The translations under genes and the position numbers were made by a program. From positions 8,432,001 through 8,496,000 of the forward strand of contig OZ024762.1 of assembly GCA_964016885.1 (NCBI GenBank): 64,000 nucleotides of DNA. Direction: 5' to 3'. The stretch is from Eledone cirrhosa. Lineage: Eukaryota. Below the pieces are notes generated by a model, which had not been told where the DNA came from, made no database searches, and saw only the letters and a program-made list of their open reading frames with translations. This document shows positions 26,141 through 36,364 of the stretch, one piece after another; the first letter of the stretch is position 1; each line of letters opens with the position of its first letter.

Positions 26141-26973
26141 ATTATCAAAACACTGGGAGTGTTTGTAATTTGGAAATGTGAGAATCCCAAACAGAGAAAA
26201 TAACTTACACCGGTCGATCATTATACATAATAGTTGAGAACATTTGGTAAATTATTCCTAGAGATTCAGCTTCAGCATTCAGTAATCAGAAGGGAGGTAG
26301 GCGTAACAGCCAAACTCACTGTCTTTAATTCGGTTTTCGTGTCAGCCCTTACCTATGGTCATGAATCTTGGGTAATGACCGAAAGAATACGATCGCGAAT
26401 ACAAGTGGCCGAAATGGGGTTCCTCCAAAGGGTCATTGGAGTAACGTTATTCAATAGACTGAGTAGCTCGGAGATTAGAGAGTCACTCCAGGTAGAGCCA
26501 CTACTTCTCCGAATTGAGAGATCACAGCTCAGATACTATGGCCATGTGGTTAGAATGTCTCAGGAAAGAATTGCTGGACAGATTTTACAGGCAAAAACCA
26601 ACAAGTAGGAGACCCAGGGGTATACTCCGAGCAAGATGGTTGGATAACATCCATGAGCTTGGCTGGTCACACTTGGGGATCCAGCCGGATCAATTGGAGA
26701 CATTTGCTTCTGGCAGGACCCACTGGAGGGAGTGTTTGAGGACTCTGCTCCCACGACCCTCTTAGGAATACGTGGGTGGAGAAAAGAAGATTCCTAGAGA
26801 TGAAAGAAACTGGACTGAGGTTCCTCATAGACGTCTCTCTCCACATTCTTCCATTTCTCAGAGTAATTTACCAGAAACTTTTCAACTACAGTGATCAACT
26901 GATGTTACAGTGATTTTCTGCATTTGGGACTCTCGCAATTCCAAATTTCAAACACTCCCAGTGCTTTGATAAT
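26141..26973. mobile_element. Foldback/MITE with ~115 bp imperfect inverted arms, split by a LINE insertion
   Basis: attatcaaaacactgggagtgtttgtaatttgg...ggtaaattattc (26141-26257) is the reverse complement of ~26861-26973. Confidence 0.75.
26266..26790 (+). mobile_element. 5'-truncated Rex3/Expander-like RTE LINE 3' end with 12 bp TSD
   Basis: Peptides LTYGHESWVMTERIRSRIQVAEMGFL...VEPLLLRIERSQLR..GH and RRPRG...W...LLPRP (one frameshift). TSD attcctagagat at 26254-26265 and 26790-26801. Confidence 0.9.
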
Positions 26974-26995
26974 TCATTGCAGGTTTATTATTTCG

Positions 26996-27226
26996 GAAAG
27001 GTGGGGATCAGGTTACATGATAAAAAAGTTTGTAGATGAATAAATAAAGTTAGAAGGTTAGACATGTTGGGTCATCTGAGATCTGATGACAGTGGAGCAT
27101 TATAGGAAGAAAGGTGGGGATCAGGTTACATGATAAAAAAGTTTGTAGATGAATAAATAAAGTTAGAAGGTTGGACATGTTGGGTCATCTGAGATCTGAT
27201 GACAGTGGAGCATTACAGGAAGAAAG
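26996..27226. repeat. ~114 bp direct duplication
   Basis: gaaaggtggggatcaggttacatg...gcatta(t/c)aggaagaaagg, present twice. Confidence 0.85.
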
Positions 27227-27642
27227 GCTAGGACGATTACAACAACAACAGTAACAGTAGCAGTAACAACTACAATAGCAGCAGCAGTTACAATAACAAC
27301 AACAACAACAACAGCAGCAGTAATAACAATAACAGCAGCAGTAACAACAACAATAATATCAACAACAGTAGTAACAACAACAACAACAACAACAATAACA
27401 ACAGCATTAACAACAATAATAACAACAGCAGCAGTAACAATGACAATGACAGCAACAACAACAACAACAACAGCATCATAAACACCAACCACCAAACATA
27501 CACATGTCTATATTTACTTTTCAACATAGCCATCAATCCACTCACCCATCCGCTCAGTTTTAGAAAGAATTCTGATTTAGGTGTGGTTTGTTTACTGTAT
27601 ACAAGATATTTTGTAAGTAATTGGAAATCTGAACTGTTTATA

Positions 27643-28595
27643 TCATCATCATCGTTTAATGTCCATCTTCCACGCTAGTATGAGTTGGACGAGTTTGTCC
27701 CACTTGAGGCAAGGTTGGTAGGGTGACTGTGCCTCGCTCGCATAGAACTGTTCCTGGCAGGTTTTCTACGGCTGGATGCCCTTCCTAACGTCAACCACAT
27801 TTTCAGTGTGTACTGGGAGCTTTTTTTACCGTGTCTCCTACATGACCACTTTACAGTGTGGACTGGGTGCTTTTTGTTGTGACACCTACATAACCACTTT
27901 ACAGTGTGGAATGGGTGCATTTTACCGTGTCTCCTACACGACCACTTTACAGTGTGGACTGGGTGCTTTTTGTTGTGACACCTACATAACCACTTTACAG
28001 TGTGTACTGGGAGCTTTTTTTACCGTGTCTCCTACATGACCACTTTACAGTGTGGACTGGGTGCTTTTTGTTGTGACACCTACATAACCACTTTACAGTG
28101 TGGAATGGGTGCATTTTACCGTGTCTCCTACACGACCACTTTACAGTGTGGACTGGGTGCTTTTTGTTGTGACACCTACATAACCACTTTACAGTGTGTA
28201 CTGGGAGCTTTTTTTACCGTGTCTCCTACATGACCACTTTACAGTGTGGACTGGGTGCTTTTTGTTGTGACACCTACATAACCACTTTACAGTGTGGAAT
28301 GGGTGCATTTTACCGTGTCTCCTACACGACCACTTTACAGTGTGGACTGGGTGCTTTTTGTTGTGACACCTACATAACCACTTTACAGTGTGGAATGGGT
28401 GCATTTTACCGTGTCTCCTACACGACCCCTTTACAGTGTGGACTGGGTGCTTTTTGTTGTGACACCTACATAACCACTTTACAGTGTGGAATGGGTGCAT
28501 TTTACCGTGTCTCCTACACGACCACTTTACAGTGTGGACTGGGTGCTTTTTGTTGTGACACCTACATAACCAGTGGACTGGGTGCATTTTACACA
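27643..28595 (-). mobile_element. RTE-type tail element whose internal ~48 bp repeat expanded into a higher-order array
   Basis: (cat)n tail plus ctggatgcccttcctaac, then alternating ~48/49 bp subunits (ccactttacagtgtgg...) with 97 and 194 bp periodicity. Confidence 0.85.
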
Positions 28596-28600
28596 GTTTA

Positions 28601-28680
<80 letters not shown>

Positions 28681-28766
28681 TACACACACAGTTAATCGAC
28701 TTTCATCAATCAAATTAGACCGTGGAAACAATGTTTCCATTGGTCTTTCCAATTGTTAATACTATG

Positions 28767-29050
28767 TGGTTGGTGTTAGGAAGGGCATCCAACTGTAGAA
28801 AACCTGCCAGACAGTCCTATGCGAGCAAGACAATCACTCTTGCCTCAAGTGGGACTACCCCCGTCCAAACCCATGCAAGCGTGGAACACGGACGTTAAAC
28901 GTTGATGATGATGATGATGATGATGTATCGGTCACAACTCCAGGTAGAAGGAGCAATATGAAATAAAGTGTCTTGTTCAAGGACATAGCACATCGCCCGG
29001 CCTGGGAATTGAACTCACAACCTCACGATTGCGAATCCAATTCTCTAACC
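28767..29050. mobile_element. RTE-type tail (+, 28767-28925) abutting an S2 SINE head (-, ~28945-29050)
   Basis: ggttggtgttaggaagggcatcc...(gat)n, then aaataaagtgtcttg..caagga...gaattgaactc. Confidence 0.75.
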
Positions 29051-29381
29051 ATATATATATATGTTTGTGCTCTATAATCCTAATACCTACCACCACCACC
29101 ACCACCATGAACACCACCGCTACTTAAGTCATAATTTGGATTAAATTTAATTAGAAATTCTTAAAATACCAAAACCAATTACATTTATTTTTTTATTTTT
29201 TCCGGGGGACCATTTCCTTAGCACAGATTAGAACCTCCCTACACACACAAACACACACGCATATACATACTCACACACAAACATACATATGGCGCCTATA
29301 TATATACATACAAACAGATGTATAAACAGACACATACATACAGACATACATATAAACACATACAGACACGCACACAAACAC

Positions 29382-29434
<53 letters not shown>

Positions 29435-29719
29435 CACACACATACTCAAACATGTATAAACACACACATAACAGACACATGTATATATATATACACACAC
29501 ATATAGACACATGCAACGTTCTCAAACCCGCCCCTGTACACAAACACACACACCAACTCCAGTGACACACACACACACACACACACAGACACATGGACAG
29601 ATAGACAAGCACACACACATATAAGCCCTTATTCCACATAACTGAGTTCCAATACACACCACACACACACGTGTGTGAGTCTGTGTGTGTTGTGTAGTTT
29701 TCTTAATCAAATGATAGAA

Positions 29720-30512
29720 ACCCTGTCTAGTCTAGTTCAATCTGGTTTGATCTAGTTCTGGCCTCTTGTATGGTAGATGTGTTGTGTATTTTGTTTAATC
29801 AGATGATACAGGCCCAGTCTAGTCCGATCTGGTTTGATCTAGTTCTAGCCTCTTGTATGGTAGATGTGTTGTGTATTTTGTTTAATCAGATGATACAGGC
29901 CCAGTCTAGTCTAGTTCAATCTGGTTTGATCTAGTTCTGGCCTCATGTATGGTAAATGTGTTGTGTATTTTGTTTAATCAGATGATACAGGCCCAGTCTA
30001 ATCCGATCTGGTTTGATCTAGTTCTGGCCTCTTGTATGGTAGATGTGTTTTGTAGTCTGCTAAATCAGATGATACAGACCCAGTCTAGTCTAGTCCGATC
30101 TGGTTTGATCTAGTTCTGGCCTCTTGTATGGTAGATGTGTTGTGTAGTTTGCTAAATCAGATGATACAGGCCCAGTCTAGTCTCGTCCGATCTCGTTTGA
30201 TCTAGTTCTGGCCTCTTGTATAGTAGATGTGTTGTGTATTTTGTTTAATCAGATGATACAGGCCCAGTCTAGTCTAGTCCGATCTGGTTTGATCTAGTTC
30301 TGGCCTCTTGTATGGTAGATGTGTTGTGTATTTTGTTTAATCAGATGATACAGGCCCAGTCTAGTCTAGTCCGATCTGGTTTGATCTAGTTCTGGCCTCT
30401 TGTATGGTAGATGTGTTGTGTAGTTTGCTAAATCAGATGATACAGACCCAGTCTAGTCTAGTCCGATCTCGTTTGATCTAGTTCTGGCCTCATGTATGGT
30501 AGATGTGTTGTG
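29720..30512. repeat. 87-92 bp minisatellite, ~9 units
   Basis: tctggtttgatctagttctggcctcttgtatggtagatgtgttgtg...cagatgatacaggcccagtctag. Confidence 0.9.
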
Positions 30513-30699
30513 GGTTTATGATATGGACTAAATCCAGGCCAAACCAGCCAGGATATATAAACTGGCCAATGCAATGAAAATAGACACTACTGCATATTAA
30601 ATGAGGAATGAGGAATTCTGGGTAAAAATTATATGTTCAGCTGGGTTCATGATAATGTGACAAACATTTGGTAGACAGTAACTGCATAGAAGCCCAGTC

Positions 30700-31120
30700 A
30701 ATATGTACACACACACATTATTAACCATCTTGCCAACAACAACCCTGAGTACTTTTTTGATTTCCATGTGTCTAACACACGTGGGCATGCCTACAAAGTC
30801 AGAAAACAGCACTGCTCCCATGACTTTTGGAAACATTTTTTCATGCTCAGAGTTGCTGAAGCATGGAACAAACTACCTGCATCAGTTGTTAGCTGCTGAG
30901 ACACTGCATCCTTTAAAACCTCCATGCTTTCTGAAATTCGCCAACACTACACCTAATATTCCTCCTCCATACACATGCACACATGTATATCATGACTCAC
31001 ACACTGTTCACTTTCCTGACATTTGTACATTATTCTATGAACGATACATGCACCTTTGATAAGTTGTAGTGCACCTGAGCACTGTACACAATAATTTCAT
31101 TATCATTATTATTATTATTA
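30700..31120 (+). mobile_element. CR1-clade LINE 3' fragment
   Basis: Reads NTRGHAYKVRK...KHFFMLRVAEAWNKLPASVV, the typical CR1 ORF2 C-terminus, followed by an (ATT)n tail. Confidence 0.85.
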
Positions 31121-31129
31121 TATAGTAAT

Positions 31130-31322
31130 GGGTAGTGGATTGGCAGTATCGGTAGGGGGTCGGACGCCATGCTTTGACGCATAGAGTTACGGCCCTTGCC
31201 ATTCTGAATTCAAATCCCGCTGAGGTTAACTTTGCCTTTCATCCTTACGGGGTCGATAAAATAAAGTACCAGTAATACACTGGGTAATTGCTGGCCTTGT
31301 GCCTAACGTAGAAACAATTATT
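31130..31322 (+). mobile_element. Full-length S1 SINE
   Basis: Complete head, core and tail. Confidence 0.9.
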
Positions 31323-31423
31323 ATTATATAGTAATAATAATTATGAAGACCAAAATCCAAAGAGAGCTCAATAAGGATTATATATATATAATATATATAT
31401 ATAAAACTGTAGAGCAAATATTT

Positions 31424-31530
31424 ATTATTAGTGCAGATTAAAATTTAAGCAAAGAATTGCGACTTTCATTCTAACCTGGGATCTTCTGAAACAGTGATTC
31501 TTTGCTTAAACTTTAATCTGTACTAATAAT
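31424..31530. mobile_element. Small hairpin/MITE with ~35 bp inverted arms
   Basis: attattagtgcagattaaaatttaagcaaagaat ... attctttgcttaaactttaatctgtactaataat. Confidence 0.65.
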
Positions 31531-31692
31531 TGTTTCTACTTTAGGCACAAGGCCAGCAATTACCCAGTGCATTACTGGTACTTTATTTTATCGACCCCGT
31601 AAGGATGAAAGGCAAAGTCAACCTCGGCGGGATTTGAACTCAGATCGTAAAGGGAGGTAACTATGCTGGAAAGCATGGCGTCCGACCCTCTC
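31530..31692 (-). mobile_element. S1 SINE, slightly 5' truncated
   Basis: Reverse copy flanked by ctaataat on both sides. Confidence 0.88.
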
Positions 31693-31953
31693 TAATAATA
31701 TATATATATACACACACACATATATATACACATAGACACATATGATGGCTGCAACTCAAATTTCAAATAATGCCATCACTTGATACTTAAGTATGAACAT
31801 CACAGACGTGGCTAGAGGACTTGCCTATGGCCAGTAATGCCATGATTCGCAAAAAAATGTCATGTACCAAGCACTGTCTCTGCTTGAAGCCTTTTTAAAT
31901 GAGGAAAGGCTTTGCATGGGGAGCCAATCTCAATCTCTGAACATCAAAAGCAT

Positions 31954-32524
31954 TTAACACTTTAGCATTTACATTATTCTACATATACTATTATATTTTC
32001 ATGGTAAAGGCTTTATCTCACATAATTATCTCACCCAACAACAACCCTAAGTACCTTTTTGATTTCCATGTGTCTCACACACGTGGACATGCCCACAAAG
32101 TATGAAAACAGCACAGTTCCCATGACTTTCGGAAACATTTTTTCACGCTCAGAGTTGCTGAAGCATGGAACAAACTACCTGCATCAGTTGTTAGCTGTCG
32201 AGACACTGCATCCTTTAAGGCCTCCATGCTTCCCGAGATCCGCCAACACTACAGCTAACACACACACACATGTACTTCCCTGACATTTGTGTATTATTCT
32301 ATGTACTATACATACACCTTTGATGAGTTGTAGTGCACCTGAGCACTTTACAGAATAATTTCATTATTATTATTATTATAATATCGAATCTATGAGATTT
32401 TGAAAGTATTTATTTTGAGAACAATACCTTAACATCAGTTTGAGTGACCAGTTACAGCCAGTTTCAACAGAAAGAGGTAGAGAATTCTGGCTGGTGTTGG
32501 CCAGTTTGAACATTAAAGGGTTAA
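31954..32524 (+). mobile_element. MITE family A interrupted by a CR1 3' fragment (~32035-32378)
   Basis: MITE is split at tctcac|ataatatcgaatc. The insert reads HTRGHAHK...FFTLRVAEAWNKLP and has an (ATT)n tail. Confidence 0.85.
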
Positions 32525-32855
32525 ATGAGGAAAGGCTTTGCATTGGGGGCCAATCTCAATCTCTGAACATCGAAAGCATTTAGCCCAAAAGCAGAAGTGG
32601 TCTACATCATTGGATGTAAACAGAGTCACAGGTTTTACCTCAGAGTGACCTTCTCCTAGAGAGATGTCTTAATGAAGATTAGGAGTCTCTCGCTCCAATT
32701 TCCATGCTAGCATGGGTAGGACTATATATATTTATTTATATATTTGGTGTGTCACAGGAACATACATACTGTGTCAGGCTAGAATATACATCAACTTGTG
32801 TTGTATATATATATATATATGTGTTTAATTCCATTGACATACCTACACACACACG

Positions 32856-32906
<51 letters not shown>

Positions 32907-32908
<2 letters not shown>

Positions 32909-33110
32909 TCATCATCATCATTTTACGTCCGCTTTTCCCTGCTTGCAAGGGTGGGACGGGAACTGATTCTGGCTTGATTTCTACAGCTGGATGCCCTTCC
33001 TAACACCAACCCCATTTACAGTGTGGGCTGGGTGCTTTTTTGCCGTGGCACCTCCACGACCACTTTGCAGTGGAATGATAGGGACCCCAGTCCCTATCAT
33101 CTCATTTCTA
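32907..33110 (-). mobile_element. 5'-truncated S2 SINE
   Basis: Reverse complement of roughly 21095-21300. Confidence 0.85.
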
Positions 33111-33133
33111 CCATATTTATTTATTTATACATA

Positions 33134-33196
33134 ATTTCATTATACATATTTCAAGGACACCAAAACAAATTATGGTGCGCTTTCATCAGATAAAAT
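33134..33196 (-). ncRNA. Type I hammerhead ribozyme (family H1, second copy)
   Basis: attttat-CTGATGA-aagcgcacca[taatttgttt]tggtgtcctt-GAAA-tatgta-TA-atgaaat. Differences from the 21354 copy are in loop II or are G-U compatible. Confidence 0.75.
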
Positions 33197-34130
33197 ATAA
33201 TATAGATCAGTTTTATAAACAAATATTGACATACCCTTAAAAGAATGCGACCATGTCTGTTGGAAGCTCCCGAAAAATTTGTTGGGTACTTTATATCAGT
33301 TATAAAAATATTTGCTTGTTGTATCCCAACAAATTAAATATAACTTCTACATATATATATATATATGTATATGTATGTATATAGTGTGTGTGTAGGAATG
33401 TACATACATGCAACAATAGAATACACTGTGTCAGGCTAGAATATACAACAGGGTGTATATATAATATATAATATGTCAATGTAATGTAAACACACCACCC
33501 AGAGTGTAGAGAGTCTCTGCTATTATTAAACACCCCTCAGGCAGGTCATATATATAGCATCATTCTGTGGCCAACATGTATATTCTTGTATGTGTGTGGG
33601 TATATATGTGTGTGTATGAGTGTATATATGTATGTGTGCATGAGTGTGTGTGTATGCATATGTGTGTATCAGTGTATATAAGTATGTGTAATTGAGTGTG
33701 TGTGTATATAAGTGTATGTATGTATGTGTATGTATGCAAATATGTGTATCTGTATGCATATGTGTGTGTATGAGTGTATATATGTATGAGTGTGTGTGTG
33801 TGTATAAGTGTATGTATGTATGTGCATGAGTGTGTGTATGCAAATATGTATATGTGTATGCAAATATGTATATGTGTATGCATATGTGTGTGTATGTGTG
33901 CATGAGTGTGTGTGTATATAACTATGTATGAATGTGCATGAGTTTGTGTATGCAAATATGTGTATGCATGTGTGTGTGTGTGTGTTAGTATATATGTGTG
34001 TATGAGTGTGTGTACATATGTATATAAATCTATATGTGTGTGTGTGTGGATGTGTACTTATTTATATATAACATTTTATTTCCATTTTGCCATTCTTGCA
34101 TGGGTTGAACCTTTACACACACAAACATAG

Positions 34131-34186
<56 letters not shown>

Positions 34187-34325
34187 TATATATATATATA
34201 TATATAAGTACACTTCCACTTACACACATACATCCACATGATCATGCACACACATACATCCACACACATGATCGTGCACACACATACATAATCATACACA
34301 CACACACACATATATATATATATAA

Positions 34326-34404
<79 letters not shown>

Positions 34405-35099
34405 CCTACAAACTATGGAAAGTTCTTTTACAAACCCTTATATTTTTTCATCACTACATTCCTATTAAAAGTAAATCTACTCCTGGTAACATATGTTTAT
34501 ATACACACACACACACTGATATATACACACAGATATATATACACACATATATACACACAGATATATACACACACCCTCACACAACAGAAACCAGAATCTG
34601 TTTCCTTAGCCAGACATTCCATACATGTTCATCTGTCTTTGATGTTTGTTATTGTTCTGTTGCTACCTCATACCCCCTCCCTGCTACACTGTGTGTGTGT
34701 GTGTATATATATGCTTGACAACACACACACATATATATATATGCTTGAACACACACACACACATATATATATATATACACATACACACACTTTGCATGTT
34801 CTCTTGGTAGCTCATTCCCCTATAATGTTTATATATATATATATATACACACACATACACACATATATATAAACACACACATCTCTCTCTCTCTATATAT
34901 ATATAAACACACACATCTATATATATATATATATATATACACTCTTACATATGTATATATATACATATATATATATACACTATGCATGTTCTGTTGGTAA
35001 TCCTACCCTGCTTAATTGTATATCTATCTATCTGTCTATATACATGCACACACTTTACATGTGCTGTTGTTAATTGCTCTCCTAGATTCTATGTATATA

Positions 35100-35132
<33 letters not shown>

Positions 35133-35272
35133 TTAAGGGTTAAACAAGGTTCAATGAATAAATCAAAGAATGAGTTTTACAATAGATTGGAAGCACTCAA
35201 CAGCTTGGTTTTCCGGAGTTATTAATATTAATTCAAAATATTAACAAAAATAGACATTCGTGTGATCAACTA

Positions 35273-35347
35273 TATTTTATTATACATATTTCAGAGGTAC
35301 TGAGCTATCTTCAATAGTACGTCAGTACGTCCTCATCAGATAAAATA
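35273..35347 (-). ncRNA. Type I hammerhead ribozyme (family H2, left arm; 8 nt duplication in stem-loop II)
   Basis: tattttat-CTGATGA-ggacgtactg..cagtacctct-GAAA-tatgta-TA-ataaaata. Confidence 0.72.
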
Positions 35348-35478
35348 AGATGATGCATGACATACCCTGACATAGTAGATGGTTAAGATTCAGTCATGGT
35401 CATGGTAGTGAATATATATATCACTACCATGACTGAATCTTAACCATCTACTATGTCAGGGTATGTCATGCATCATCT

Positions 35479-35545
35479 TATTTTATCTGATGAGGACGTA
35501 CTGTTGAAGATAGCTCAGTACCTCTGAAATATGTATAATAAAATA
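35479..35545 (+). ncRNA. Type I hammerhead ribozyme (family H2, right arm)
   Basis: tattttat-CTGATGA(35487)-ggacgtactg[ttgaagatagct]cagtacctct-GAAA(35526)-tatgta-TA|ataaaata. Stem I is a perfect 8 bp. Predicted cleavage after 35537. Confidence 0.78.
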
Positions 35546-35654
35546 TACTTGATCACATGAATATCTATTTTTGTTAATATTTTGAATTAATATATATATA
35601 CACACATATATATATATAATCTATCTTATGTCAGAAAGCTTGTTACTTGTTAGG

Positions 35655-35850
35655 CCAGTGCTTATCCTGGTTTCATGGCATGAAGCACCGGAGAGCATAA
35701 GACTTCCCCCTGGACAGGATGCCTGTCCATTGCAGGGTTAAACTCCCAGCTATTGTTGGTACTCATTTTCAGCTGAGTATACTAGAGCAACGGGAAAATG
35801 AAGTGTTTTGCTCAAGAACACAACATGCAACCCAGTCCAGGAATCACACC
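35655..35850 (-). mobile_element. Degenerate CORE-type SINE; another copy at 36215-36365
   Basis: actcatttt..cagctgagt..act.gagcaacg..aaat.aagtgt.ttgctcaag.acacaac. Confidence 0.65.
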
Positions 35851-35856
35851 GACATT

Positions 35857-35894
<38 letters not shown>

Positions 35895-35896
<2 letters not shown>

Positions 35897-36028
35897 CGAA
35901 GGAAATGTGGTAAGGAACCAGGTGGACCATAACGCACCAAAGTACTCAATACTTAGGGTAGTAGAGTGGACTAGTCCAGAATTAGCCGTCGAAACAGCTT
36001 GAGCTCAGCCGTCGGGGTCCTACTCGTT

Positions 36029-36061
<33 letters not shown>

Positions 36062-36195
36062 CGAAGGAAATGTGGTAAGGAACCAGGTGGACCATAACGC
36101 ACCAAAGTACTCAATACTTAGGGTAGTAGAGTGGACTAGTCCAGAATTAGCCGTCGAAACAGCTTGAGCTCAGCCGTCGGGGTCCTATTCGTTCC
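35895..36195. repeat. Two near-identical 136 bp units, each embedded in (TA)n
   Basis: aacgaaggaaatgtggtaagg...gagctcagccgtcggggtccta(c/t)tcgttcc at 35895-36030 and 36060-36195. Confidence 0.9.
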
Positions 36196-36364
36196 TATAT
36201 ATATATATAAGGCTGGCCCTTCCAATTACAAATTTCAGATACAACTCATTTTTGCCAGCTGAGTGGACTGGAGCAACGTCAAATAAAGTGTCTTGCTCAA
36301 GGACACAACACGCCACTGGGAATCGAACTCATGACCTTACGATTGTGAGCCAATCATAAAGCCA

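Larger units (their letters stand above)
35225..35593. mobile_element. ~370 bp palindrome, probable inverted Penelope-like pseudo-LTR remnant
   Basis: Arms are near-perfect reverse complements around a TA centre (35412-35420). Each arm carries a hammerhead. Confidence 0.65.

Noticed and set aside
27080-27230. CTGATGA...GAAA in the 114 bp duplication as hammerheads
   Set aside because: No stem II pairing and no stem I or III complementarity.
27776-28752. Cys-rich repeat ORFs (TTLQCGLGAFCCDTY)
   Set aside because: Translation of the retroposon-tail minisatellite, not a zinc-finger or metallothionein gene.
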